DNA of 62,943 bases, counting the filler, from Reclinomonas americana ATCC 50394 (lineage: Eukaryota), in the NCBI GenBank assembly GCA_048213135.1. It is 20 parts of 20 records of this genome, joined end to end, with 100 filler letters (N's around TTAATTAATTAA, not from the genome) between each part and the next. Parts side by side here need not be neighbours in the genome. Positions count along the whole stretch, not along the records: positions 10,118 to 12,085 come from AFZH01019944.1; positions 12,186 to 17,310 come from AFZH01019945.1; positions 17,411 to 20,250 come from AFZH01019946.1; positions 20,351 to 23,697 come from AFZH01019947.1; 16 more parts are not named here. One strand, given 5' to 3'. The notes beneath the pieces are model-generated. The model was not told the origin of the DNA. It saw nothing but the letters and a program-made list of their open reading frames with translations, and did not search any database. The position numbers and the translations under genes were made by a program. The number at the start of each line of letters is the position of its first letter. The stretch's first letter is position 1. Of the stretch, positions 10,250-22,383 are shown in pieces.

Positions 10250-11635
10250 TCCGCCTACGGCCAACCCACCTACCACTCGCACCACCACCACCACCACCCC
10301 TCCCAACCACCCCCTCAACACTACGACCACCCGCACCACAACCCTCACCACCAACAACACCAACATCACCAGCACGCCCCCGCCCCTCAACCGGCACACC
10401 AACACCACTACCAGCGTGCCGCGACATACGCGCCGCCCCCGCCCGAGCCGGAGCCACATCATCATCATCACCATCAACAGTACGCACCTTACTCGGACAC
10501 GCCGCACCACTACGCGCATCCTCCGCCTGCATCATCGTCGTCGCCGGCCACCGCCGCCAGTCAGCAATATTACGACTATTATGGCGGTGCCAGCGCAGCA
10601 GTGCCACCACCTGCTTCATCCTCTCCTTCGGCGGCGCCACCGCCGTATGTTGGCCACCATGCGGTCAGCGGCAGCAATGCAGCCGCGCCGGTGAGTAATT
10701 CTTTTCATCCATCTTCGTTTTTCAATCCTCCTTTCCCTTATTCCCGCACACGCAGCCGCCATACCACCACTACGCACCCGCACCCGTGTCGCCGACCCTC
10801 GCTCCTTCTTCGTTGGCATACCGCCCACCATCTCCGGTACCGGCACCAGCACCGGTCGCATCGGTGGCGTACGCGCCACGCTCCGTGTCGCCGCCCCGCG
10901 GTGCACCACCGGCAGCCTACCAGCAGTATCACCCGCACCACGTGCCGAATCCGTCGCCGCCCTCCACCATGACGACCTCGGACTATTACACTGCCCCTGC
11001 GCCGCCAGCACCACCTGCAGCAGCAGCAGCAGTGCCGTCGCACTACACGCCGCCACTGTCGCCTGTGCGCGCAGCAGCACCGTATGGTGGTGGAGGAGCA
11101 TCGTCGTCGACGACGACGACGACATCGACCACCCCGCCCTTGTCCTCGCACCATCACCACCACCACCATCACCATCATCACCCGCACGTGTCACCTGTGG
11201 GTACGGCAGATGCGAGATTACCGGATGTTGTGGTCGATCGACGGGGAGATTTTAGCGATGGAAGAAGGCGTCCGCTGTCACCGACCAGTGGCAGTGGCTC
11301 GGGGCGCTCGCGAGACGTGCGATCTGCGGGTGGAAATGGATCGTATCCCTCACGTGATGACAGACGGGACGCGGTGCCGCGATCACGGCGCTCCTCTCGT
11401 TCTCCATCATCGTCGCGCTCACGGTCACGGTCGCGGTCACGGTCGCCGGGCGGCAGCGGTGCACCATATGGTCGCCATCAGTACGGGTACCGACGTGGTG
11501 GTGCTGGTGGTGGTGGACCTGGCGACCGACCTGCCAGTGGGAGTGGTGGAGGCAGTGGGGGAAGCGCAGGCGGTGCGGCGGGACGGGGCGGGGTTGCTCC
11601 GGACAAGAGGTCGCGGCCGAAATTCAGTCGATATG
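10250..11635 (+). CDS. Pro/His/Tyr-rich low-complexity protein with RS dipeptide domain (partial)
   Basis: Exons 10250-10690 and 10756-11635 join in frame. The product has poly-His, a PPPY motif and RSRSRSRSRSP; splice sites flank both ends. Confidence 0.7.
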
Positions 11636-12185
11636 GTTTGTCCATGAGAGGAGAGAAGAAGAGGAGAAGCGAGGATGGACAGGGAGTCTCTTTTCCACCT
11701 CCTATCTCTTCCCCTCATTCTTTCTCACTTCCGCACTTTGACTGTTCTCACCATCCGTCGCTCTCGTGAACGATTATATTCTCTCGCCCTCCATTTCTGT
11801 TTCTCTCATTGCTTTCTCTCTCTTCCTTTTTCTCTTGACCCCTTTCTCTTTCTCCCCTACCTCTTCCCCTTTCTCTTTCCCCTTTATCTTCCCCCTTCCT
11901 CTTTCCCCCTCTCTCTTCCCGCTCTCTTCCCGCTCTCTTCCCGCTCTCTTCCCCTCCTTTCCCGCTCTCTTCCCCTCCTTTCCCGCTCTCTTCCCCCTCT
12001 CTTCCCGCTCTCTTCCCCTCTTTCCCCGCTCTCTTCCCCCTCTTTCCCCGCTCTTTCCCCTTTGCTCTCCCCCTCCTTCCCCTCGNNNNNNNNNNNNNNN
12101 NNNNNNNNNNNNNNNNNNNNNNNNNNNNNTTAATTAATTAANNNNNNNNNNNNNNNNNNNNNNNNNNNNNNNNNNNNNNNNNNNN

Positions 12186-12910
12186 ACTCGTACGCTTGAT
12201 GGAGTGGACAGTCGCCATGTTGGTGACTGATCACGCTGAGCGATGCATCGTACCGCTTTGAAGATGGAAACACTTGCACATGTGGCGATGTGGACTGTTG
12301 CCCAGCATGTGACGACTGATCTCTCTGAGTTGTGACCAATTGTTGCAGCTGCTGGGAAGGCTTGCACCCGACCATTTGACGGGGTTGGTTATTGCCCAGT
12401 AGGCAACTGATCACGTGGCCAATGGTCCTAGAGGCTGGGAAGGCTTCCACTTGTACACTTGACAGAGTGGACGTTTGCACTGTTGATGACTGATCACGCT
12501 GAGTTGCAGCGATGCACCGTACCGCTTTGAAGACGGGAACACTTGCGCATGTGGCGATGTGGACTGTTGCCCAGCAGGCGACTGATCTCTCTGAAGTGTC
12601 GCAGCTGCTGGGAAGGCTTGCACTCGAACATTTAACGGGGTTGATTATTGCCCAGTAGGCAACTGATCACGTGGCCAATGGTCCTAGAGGCTGGGAAGGC
12701 TTCCACTTGTACGCTTGACAGAGTGGACTATTGTCCTGTTGGTGACTGATCACGCTGAGCGATGCACCGTACCGCTTTGAAGACCGGAAAACTTGCGCAT
12801 GTGCCGAAGTGGGCTGTTGCCCAGCATGCGACGACTGATCTCTCTGAAGTGTGGCCGAGTGTCGCAGCTGCTGGGAAGGCTTGTACTCGTACGTTTGATT
12901 GAGTGGACTG
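12186..12910. repeat. Higher-order tandem repeat (~260-bp unit x ~2.8, built from ~81-92-bp subunits); possible decayed LRR gene
   Basis: ACTGATC recurs at 12226, 12315, 12406, 12489, 12581, 12662, 12745 and 12834, and every third subunit is nearly identical. No long ORF is present. Confidence 0.85.
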
Positions 12911-13451
12911 GCATCCAGTTGACGTAGGACTTGCCAACGTGGCTAACCGCCCTAGTCACTGGATGAGTGCTCTGTCGCCTTGCTGTCGGAGGGCCATTTA
13001 TCGTGCAGTTCCGGTCAGCTGTGGCTGTTGCGGAGGGCTCAAGCGCATTGACCTTGTGCCGAAGGGGCTTGCTGATAACTCATCGCGCTGTTTGCACATG
13101 CGCGTGGTGCGTGTCTGCTTGCTACGGACAACTCCAGCATTCGAAGTATTGCTGTCTGACTGCCGCTGAACATGGAAGGCTTTCAACGAGCGATTGGCTC
13201 GAAGCCTGTTACGGTGGACCTCCAGTGGACACGCTCTGAACGACGACTTGCAGCTGACGCGAGAAGATAGAAGGAAATATGACTGTTAGATCGAGAGAAG
13301 AGTATCCGTGTGCCAAGGTCAATGTCGGCGAATGAAGTGTGTTGTTTTTTTCACTCTTGCCCTCGAGGCTGGAGCTTGCGCTCATGTGTAGATATGCTTC
13401 TTGTTGGTGACAACTTGCCTCCTGTGCACTTGCACATGTGATTCGGACCTT

Positions 13452-13860
13452 TTGTCGGCTACTCGGTGGGCGATGACAAGGCGCGGCGTCTCGTGTGCGA
13501 GGCCTTTCAGTGCATGTCCGTTGCCCTTTCCTTCTCTCTCCGTCCGTCATTGTCTTATGTGTATCAAAACGCAATGCGTCTATGCAAGTGCGTCAAATCC
13601 ACTGGTCAACCACGCTTATGCGGTGAAGATCGCAGTTCTCGACTTGTTCGGAGCTCCGAGAGCGAACACACACACACACTAGGAACCTGCTGCTGCCTCA
13701 AGATTGGTGTCTGTGTTGATGTTTTGGATATGGTTGAACTTGGTCATCAAGACAGCTGTTGCTTGTTTGTTGGTGAATGAATTGTTGTTGTTGCCACTCT
13801 CGGTCGTCTAAAGTGTGCAGGTTGATTTCGCTGCGGACTGGCCGAGGCTGTGGTGTTCTT
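13452..13860 (+). pseudogene. Degenerate fragment of the ankyrin-kinase family (kinase exons 6-7), interrupted by the ~210-bp repeat
   Basis: 13452-13519 matches ~6400-6465 (TTGTCGGCTACTCGGTGGGCGAYGACAAGGC) and 13835-13860 matches ~6605-6630 (CTGGCCGAGGCTGTGkTGTTCTT). No continuous frame. Confidence 0.8.
13566..13772. repeat. Dispersed ~210-bp repeat, copy 2
   Basis: Near-identical to 7949-8156, with a shorter (CA)n tract. Confidence 0.9.
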
Positions 13861-13938
13861 TCCCCTCTGTGTCCACATTCTTTCTCTCCTCCCTCCACAC
13901 AACCTCGTCACCACATCTCTCCGCTCGGATTTCACCCT

Positions 13939-16265
13939 TCACTTTTTGCTGCCACTCGCCGCTGGTCCGGTGGAGATGGCGACCAGATCGACCTCCACAT
14001 CAATCAGCGGCATCGAGAACAGCACGTTGTAGAACCCCGAATCCGTGCTCGCCCCGCCGCTGATCTCGGCGAGCACAATGTCGGCGGCCGCCGATTCACC
14101 GCAATCGTAGCTGCCGAGGTCCTGCATCACGCGCGTCACATCGAAACCGCGTCGCTCGCCACCGCTGCGCACCACGAAGAAAAGGGTGAGCGCAATCAAT
14201 GAAGCATCACTCTTTCCCCCCCACTGGCCACGCAACTTGGCGGCATACTTGGAGTTGAGGAGGGTGGCGTGCAGCTTGGGTGGGCGCGAGGCGTTGCGCT
14301 CGTCTGTCAGACCCGCACGCAGTAGCTCCTGCCCGAGAATGACCGCGAAGCGCTCCAGGTGCTCCACGAAGCGACCGCGCGCCGGTTTCAGGTACAGGAC
14401 GTGTGCGTCGCGCGGATCGTCGTTCATAATTTCCAGGCCGGCGAACGTGATGCGCGGTTCGGTGACCAGCAGGTCCTTGGAGGAGACGACGCCGCGGCCG
14501 TGAATGTGGATTGCGGCGTCTTCTTCGTAGGCCACGCGGAAGCGGTGAATGGCGGTGCGGGTGCATTCGATGGCGTCGTGAACCCTGCCCGGAGGGAGAA
14601 GGGGAGATGAGGGGAAGGGGATAGAAGGGGATAAGAAGGGGAAGGGGATAGAAGGCGAAGGGGAAGGAGAGGGAGCAGGAGAAGGAGGTGAAGGAGGAAG
14701 AGGAGAACAAGGGGAAGGACATGAAGGAGGAGAAAGAGGGAAAACGAGGAGGAGCACCAGAAAAGATGAACGCGCATTGAGACGACAAACACGACGAGGA
14801 ACAGGCAACTGCGAACAAGGTGGGCCAACGCAACTCGCGATCGCTGTACAACTGCGCCACTTGCAGTGTCAAGTGGAGGCGCTCCTTGGGCATGAACAGG
14901 TCCGGGTCAATGCCGTAGCCGTGATGCAGCAGCGAGAAGAGCTCGTCGATGCGCTTGTCGAAGGATACGGGAACGCAGATGAAGTGGGTCGGGGGTTGGC
15001 GGGCGCGGCCGTCGGCGACGAGAATGTCGATGCGGGATTTGGCAGAGGCGCAGACGCGGGCGGTGGGGCCGCGGATGTCTGCGGGTAACGAGAAGGGAGA
15101 GGGAGAAGGAGAAGGGATGAGGGAGAAGGAGAAGGGGTGAGGGAGAAGGAGAGCGAGAGGGAATGGGGGTGGAGTGAAGATGAGAAACTGCAAGTATTAG
15201 AAGTAAACGATGACATCTTAACGGTGGCGACAAAGACAACCATGGAGAGATATGCAGAATTGAGAACGAATAGAGAGGGAGAGAATGTTGGACAATCGTT
15301 GGTGAAGCAGTACAGCAACACGAGAGATGATGAAAATAGTATGATGATGGCGGTGGAAGGAAAAGGAGAACCTGGCAAACTATGGTGAGACGGAACGATG
15401 ATAGGTGCTTCGAAAGAGAAGAAGATGAGGAGACGAGGGTTACATGACGGTGGGAATGACAATTCGCGAGATGAAAGACGCAAGAGCACACAGACAAACT
15501 ATCGAATTCTTCAGGAATGTGAAATAAAGGACCGGCAAGAATTCACGATGCATAACAGCCAAGCTGACGAGTTCAAGATCCACGAGGCACTCACCGATTC
15601 GTGTTCCGCCTTTCGGTGGCAGCGTCAGCTTCGCGCCAGTCTCCTCCTCAATCTACGTTACACAATATCAGCATCCGGACACTTGCTTCGCAGAAACAAG
15701 CAGACATGAAGAGATTTCATGTTTCCTTCTCTCCGTCTCTCTCTCCTAACGCCCTGCGAAACCGTCTCTGCCGACTGGTTTGACATGCTCGCCATCCACT
15801 TGCATTCCCCCTGCCTCGTGTCTGGCGGTTTTCCTTCTCTCATTCTTGATAATATGCTGAACCCTGTACTTCGCTACTGCAGCCTCCTTCGCGACACTTC
15901 ATGCCTTCCGTCCACCTTCCTGTCGCGCCTATCCCCGCTCTGCACTTCCCGTTGTACTCTCTTTCGCCCTCTCTCTCTCTCTCACGCGCACATTCTCTTA
16001 CCCAGAAAGATTGCTCGCTCTCTGTGAGTTGGTGCGCCCCTTTCCTCTCCCTTCCCCTTCCCTCCCCTTTCCCTTTCCCCACCACGCACCTTCCGCTTCT
16101 GCGCCCCACCCTTGCCAACGACAAACTTGACGCACACCTCCGGCACCTCCATGTGCAACACCCACTGTCCGGCGCGCTCCTCGCGCACGTTCAAGTGCGT
16201 GTACTCCTCGTCGTCCTCGATGGAGTCCGTCGGGCCAAGGCGGTGGGAGCCGACACCAGAGGAGC
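13939..16265 (-). CDS. ASCC1: ASCC1-like protein (KH domain + AKAP7-like 2H phosphoesterase), spliced, 5' end uncertain
   Basis: Exons 16265-16090 (VKFVVGKGGAQKRK, KH GxxG), 15652-15595 (IEEETGAKLTLP), 15078-14835 (PTHFICVP...LHLTL), 14584-14237 (LEIMNDDP...KLHATLLNS) and 14164-13939. Two HxT motifs are present. A candidate first exon has its ATG at 17260. Confidence 0.88.
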
Positions 16266-17255
16266 CTGAAGGTGGGAGAGAGGGAGTGAGAGATGAGAAG
16301 GGAGGGGAAGGGGAAGGGAAGGGAAGGCGAAGAGAGGAGAAGAGAAGGAAGAAGAGAAGGTAGAAAAGAAGGACGAGAAGGGAGGTGGAGAAAGGAAGCA
16401 GAAGGGATGAGAAGGGGGGAAGGGAGGGGAACGGATAGGAGCGAGGAGATGGGAAGAGAAAAGAAGAGTAGGAGAGGAACAGAACAGCAGGGAAGAGCTG
16501 AGAGGAGAAGGGAGGAAAAGAGAGGACAAGGGAGTAAAAGAGAGGAGAAGAGAAGGACAGAGAACGGTAAAGAGGAAGAGAGGAGAGGGGAAGAGAAGAG
16601 AAGGGTAGAGAAAGGAGGGCACGGGAGGAGAACGAAAGAGAAGGAAGTGAGGGAAGAGGAGAGGAGAAGAGGAAGAAGACAGGTGAAGGGATAGAAGGGA
16701 GGACTGGAGGAAGAGTGGCAGAGTGAGAAGAGGGAGAAGGGTGGGAAGGGAATGAGAGGGCACCGAGGGTAAGGGAGGAGCAACGAGGAAAAGGGAGAAG
16801 AAGAGAGGCGAACGGAGGAGAAGAGAGGAGAGCGGAGGACAAAAGACGGGAGAGGGGAGAGAAGGACGAGGAGGAAAAGAAGGACGAGAAGGGAAGTGGA
16901 GAACGGAAGCGATTCGAGGGAGGGAGCAAGGAAACGGGAGGAGGAGAAGCAACGAAAGGGAGAGAGAGGGAGAAAAAGGAGAAGAAAGGAGAAGTGGATC
17001 CACAAAGGCAGAGCGCGAGAGCGAGACAAGGAAGAAGAAGAGAATCAAGTGGAAAGAGATAACAAAAGCACAAAGAGTGGGGAAACGAGACAGTGAACGG
17101 AGCGCATGAAACGAGCACTCTTGTCTTCTGTCATGTCAACTGCTCACCTCTTCTCTCCCCCCTTCTCTCAGAGCGCACACTTCATCAAGGCGTATTATCA
17201 CTGTTCAGTCTCTCTCTCTCTCCCACTCACACCTCCTTCTCTGCGGGTGTACCTC

Positions 17256-17310
<55 letters not shown>

Positions 17311-17523
17311 NNNNNNNNNNNNNNNNNNNNNNNNNNNNNNNNNNNNNNNNNNNNTTAATTAATTAANNNNNNNNNNNNNNNNNNNNNNNNNNNNNNNNNN
17401 NNNNNNNNNNTATCACTCAATCACCCTCTCATCAGTTCCGAGAATGCACATCATCATTCCCTCTTGTGTGTCCCTCTCTCCCTCCCTTCTCTAGCTCTCT
17501 CGCCCTCTCCCCTCCCTCCATCA

Positions 17524-17559
<36 letters not shown>

Positions 17560-17631
17560 AACCTCGAGAATGCACTTCATCAGTCCTTCGTGCATTCCCA
17601 CTTGTCTCTCTCTCTCCCTCCCTCCCTCATT

Positions 17632-17696
17632 ACTCACTCACTCACTCACTCACTCACTCACTCACTCACTCACTCACTCACTCACTCACTCACTCA
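17632..17696. repeat. (ACTC)n microsatellite
   Basis: Perfect tetranucleotide run. Confidence 0.95.
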
Positions 17697-18407
17697 AGTG
17701 CAGCCTTCTCTTCTTCTCTCCCTCCCTCCCCCTCTCCCTTCGCCCTCTCCCTCTCTCTCCCTTTCCCTCCTTCTTCCCTCTTCTCACCTGTTCCCGCCAC
17801 CCCCAACCTCACTCTGATACCCTCCAGTTGCTTCACTTGCTCCTGTCGCCGATACGTGCGACCGGCGACAGTGATGAGTGAGTATGCGCCCTCCATTCTC
17901 CCTCCCCAAAAATACTTGTCACTTCACTTGTCCTGCGTTCTTCTTTTTCTTCTTCGTGTTGCGCACAAGTAGCTTCCCGTGCAAGTGCATCTGCATTGGC
18001 AAGCTTGCATGCACGTTTTTTTTTTGCATTCAGCCACTCCGCAGGGTCCAGATCTGGCCACCGATATCGATTCCCGTAAACTGGACTTTGGCTTTGCCTC
18101 CTGAAAGGGAAGATGACTGTTGGAGAAGTAATATGTGTTTGTATATTGTTGGTGTGCCAAGGTCATTGTCGGCAAGGGATTTGAGGAGGAGAAAGCCCAA
18201 AAAAATAAAAGGCGGTGCTGCAATGATAGGCATGGCTGTTGGCTTGCCGTCCTCGGTCGCAACAGCGGAGCACCTGCTCTGTCGGCAAATGCCCATAGTA
18301 TCCCCAGCAACTGCGTCAGGCTGGGGCACTTGTTGTGGTCGAGGCGAATCGGTGTCTATCACGACCCCACCGCCGTCCATGGCATTCCCATGTCCAGCAA
18401 CTGCGTC

Positions 18408-20246
18408 TCATGGGGGCTCTTGTTGTTGTTGTTGTCGAAGCATCGCTGGCAAGGCCAGCAACAGCATTTTGTCATAAACCACTTCGGCGATGCGACGACG
18501 AATGTCGTCTCGCACTGCAACAGCAAGATGGGTGGTGAGCCACAGAGTCGTCAGACTTGCATCTTGGCAACGCAACTCAGACGAGCATCGTCATCAGCAT
18601 GAATGAGTTCCATTAACAACGGCTTGAGCGCGCCCCTGTTCTCGTCAAAACCGTCGAGCAATTTGCACAACCATTCCGGCCCAAATAACAACTCTCCTAC
18701 AGCTGTCGGCATCGACGACACCGTGCGTGAACCAATGTAGCTGGCGAGGCACGCTGGCGCAGAGGGCCACCGATACGAGCAGTTGAGCGTACAGCGCTGT
18801 GCGATATTCACCCAGGCGAGTTGATCATCTTCGTCAAGCATGCTCAAAACTGCTGGCGTGCTGGCGCACCCCAGTTGGTGCAGCAAAAGCGGAAGAAGAA
18901 CTTGGCCATGGCGCTGAAATGGCAGCATCTGATCGCCAAGAAGCACAGCACACTGGCAGACAAGAAATCGTGCCAAGCCACACAGCACCTCCAGCACAGA
19001 CGGGCACTGGTACAGTTTCGCAGGCGAAGTAACGTGGCCGATGAACTGGCACACAAAGTCCTTCGAAAGCACGCGAAGGTCGGCGTCGCTATTCTTCCCA
19101 ATGCCGTCCTTCAGTGCCTGGTCGTACAAAGTTCGAGAGAGGATTGCGCTCGGCAAGAGATCTGCGCCAGTGACCATAAACGCCGTCGGCAGACCTTGAC
19201 GATCATCCAATCCCAGCCTGTACATAAACTCAGCAGCCATTTGCACAATGTTGACAGGACCAGTTGTGCAAACAAAGGCAAGTGCCCGAGAAAGTTCCGG
19301 GCACGCTGTGCAGCAGAGAGATAAGTCGTCAATAGGGAAACAATCCAGATTCAGCGTGACGCAACAGGCAAGCAAAGAATGCAGACGTCGCAAGGCTGAC
19401 AGCACAAGCTCTTGACGCACGTGTACGTTGCGGCAGTCACCAATCACATCGCGTAAGGCGCTCGTGACGGATTCCGGGGCACCAGTGGCTGGGTGCGACT
19501 CGAAGAACCACGAAATGAATTTGGACATGCACCGACATGCGTTGCGGTGCAGCTCACCGCCTGGCCTCTCCGTCTCCATTGTTTGCATCGCAACGTCGAC
19601 CCAAGCGCGCTGAGGGTCATCCTCCTCTCCGGTCGCCAACAGCTCGACAACAGCAGGAATACTGCTGGCACGGAACAGAATGTCGAGTAGTGGCCGCCGG
19701 CCGTCCACGTGAGCACCGTCACGCACACATTCACGAATGAGAAACTGCACCACTCCACCGAGAACGTTCACCAGTGTCGCAGAATACGAGACGTCTGGAC
19801 GTTGGACAACAGTGTCGACCAACGTCAGTGCAAACTGGCTCGCTGCAGCAACATCGCCGCCAACGCCAGGTGGACGCCCCAATGTGAACGCGCGCTCGGC
19901 AGCGAGTTGCAAGATGTTTTTTCCTACGGCAACGTTTGCGTGGAAAAGATCAGGCACCAATGCAGGAATGCCTAAATACAGCCAATCACACGCAAATGTT
20001 GGTTGACACTGTGTTACGAACGCGAGATTCAACAACTAGCTAGGCGCAAGGCAAGACGCAACAAGAGACCAGCTTGTGCAGACGCCGAAGTGCAGGAATA
20101 ACCAACTGGCCATCGCGCACACTGAATGCCAGCAGGTTGCGACAAGCGTGGGTCAAGCAGTCCGGGAGTGAATTACTGGGCACGATGTTTGACTGGATGT
20201 GATGTGCAGCAAAGCGGCAAAGCGCAGTTTCGGCTCTCTTGCACAC
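18408..20246 (-). CDS. Uncharacterised Leu/Cys-rich helical protein (5' partial; frame disruption near 20036-20042, possibly pseudogene)
   Basis: A 494-codon non-repetitive ORF (18551-20035). A phase-1 intron near its end would add exon 18514-18408 (RDDIRRRIAEV...QQQQQEPP*). The upstream ORF 20040-20246 resembles an internal segment of it. Confidence 0.55.
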
Positions 20247-20444
20247 GTTGNNNNNNNNNNNNNNNNNNNNNNNNNNNNNNNNNNNNNNNNNNNNTTAATT
20301 AATTAANNNNNNNNNNNNNNNNNNNNNNNNNNNNNNNNNNNNNNNNNNNNGCGGCACAAAAAATCGCACGGAACAGTTAGCGACAGAATTCACACACACA
20401 TACATATCTACACACACACACACACACACACACTCACTCACTCA

Positions 20445-20479
<35 letters not shown>

Positions 20480-20991
20480 GAGATCGCAACATGAGACGGC
20501 GTGTGCCAATCGGAGGGCGCCATACAGCTGCAACTGGTTATGCTCATCGACGCAGCCGCGAAGAAGTGACGCTATCACGCTATCGGCAGTTGGATCCGTG
20601 TCGCGGCTGTTAAAGTCATTGGCAGGTACGCCGGACTCCCACATGTCGTCCAGGGCGCATGCGACAGCAAGAACTTTACAGTCGTCATCTTCGTGAACGC
20701 TGGTCCGCACTGTCAGATGATAGGCACAATACGTCAACGCATAACAGAGTAACATGGTGAGGCGCCTTCGCATCATCTCACCGAGCTCCAGCGCAAATTC
20801 AACGACACGTATGCGATCAGCCACACGACCAACTCGCCGCAAAATGTCGTCCCTCAGATGCGTTCTCAAGCTTCCCAAGCCAACGGGCGGTGGAGCCGCG
20901 TCAGGGGCAGTCGCGACGGCAGTAAGAGTGGCTTGGTTCGATGAACCTGTACGAGCCTGATGAGACAGAGTGCAAGCAATCATCATTTTCT
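20480..20991 (-). CDS. Uncharacterised protein exon (may continue the F-box gene via a short intron 20992-21020)
   Basis: Protein-like ORF (HLRDDILRRVGRV...GALRLAHAVSCCDL) ending at a GTGTGT donor before a microsatellite. Confidence 0.5.
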
Positions 20992-21020
20992 CTAGCAATC
21001 TCTCTCTCTCTCTCTCTCAC

Positions 21021-22233
21021 TGCAGAGAACAACGACAGCGACGCAACTCCCGGCGACCGAAGCCGCAAACCAAGTTTTGCAAAGCAGCGTTGAGATCATG
21101 TCAGCAGCAGCAGCGCCGCTCCACTCGACCCGGACAGAAACAGCAGGCGACACAAGCACATGCCGCGTCTGTTCCACAGTGTGCAGAGCAAGCGATGCCT
21201 GCGCCACATCGCTCCCCAGCAGCGAAACGTCGGTGCACACCACCAGCTCGTTCAGTCGCGATAGAGGCTCCGGACATTGTGCCAGCGCTTGCATGGCTGT
21301 TTCTTGAAGGGACAGCGCAAACGCGGAAACTGACGGCGGGAGATGAGCACACCAGTCCGTGCTGACGACAACACAGAGCTTGACAATGCCCGGAAACGTG
21401 CGCGACAGTCGTGCGATCCACCGAATTAAACCACACGGCGGCAGTGCGACAGCAGCATGCCGCATGCTTGCACGTGCACTGCGCCCGGACCCGCGCTCAT
21501 ACGAATACAGCCACTGCTTGCCACGAGTTCCGCGCTCAGGATCGCGCAAACGCAGTCGTGCCTCGTACAAATTCCACTCCATGAGCACGCAAAAGCCTTG
21601 CGAAGTGCGCCACAAGCGGGGAAAGTCGGTGTTCATGTCGAGGAAGGAGGAGATCTGCGAAGAGGGTGAAGGGAAAGAGAGGGTATGAGGGAAAGGGCGA
21701 AGGCAAAGGAAAGAGAGGGAGATGGGAGGGAGAGAGAAAGAGGGAGATGGGAGGGAGAGAAAGGAGAGAGAGGGAGAGACGGGGACAAAGTTGCAACACA
21801 AGAGAGGAACGCAACACACCACGAGAGATTGTGACACAGAGAAAGGGTGATAGTTGAAGCAGGAGAGGAGAATGAGTGAGAGAAAGAGAGAGACACACAC
21901 ACAGAGGAACAGAGCTGACACGGGCAAAGAGAGACGGAGACAGAGTTGCAGCAGGAGAGAGGAAAGCAACACACAACAGATTGTGTGACACAGAGAGGAG
22001 AAAGAGAGAGAAAGAGAGAAAGAGGGAGAGTGAGGGAATGAAGGAGACGAGGCACGGGAAGAGGGAGAGTTGCAGCAGGAGAGAGGAGAGCGACACACAC
22101 AACGAGAGAGAGAGAGAGCGAGAGAGCACGCAGACACACACACACACACAGACATACACACACGAACCAGTCCAATGATATCCGCCGGCAAGTTGCCATT
22201 CCACAGCAGCTGCGATGCGCTTGCTTCACTCAT
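21021..22233 (-). CDS. F-box-like domain protein (spliced)
   Basis: Splicing out 21655-22167 (GTTCGT...CAG, pyrimidine-rich) yields NLPADIIGLISSFLDMNTDFPRLWRTSQGF, which fits the F-box pattern LP..I...I.SFLD...L.RL... Confidence 0.65.
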
Positions 22234-22383
22234 GATGCGCAGTGCTCACCCGAGATCACAAGAGACGAAGAGGAGCGGGACAATCTGGTTTCTTTGCGGG
22301 ACACAAGCGCTGGTGTCTTGCTGATAATGATAAACACAGCAGCTCCTCTCTGAAAAGCACCACAACGCATGTTTTTTGTCGGT

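Noticed and set aside
12186..12910. CRISPR array interpretation of the periodic repeat
   Set aside because: The intervening sequences are themselves repeated, there are no unique spacers or cas genes, and the context is eukaryotic.
15982..17118. Long S/L/P/F-rich ORFs, also at 6028-7107, 8644-9964 and 21536-22229
   Set aside because: Translations of pyrimidine-rich or microsatellite introns that lack stops by composition.
17828..17877. Possible 50-nt plus-strand exon (CAG|...|GTGAGT)
   Set aside because: Too short to assign and no supporting neighbouring exons.
20030..20045. Stop-codon reassignment suggested by in-frame TAG and TGA-ending genes
   Set aside because: Confident Gln-rich exons use only CAA/CAG and contain no internal TAA/TAG; too few genes to infer a code change.
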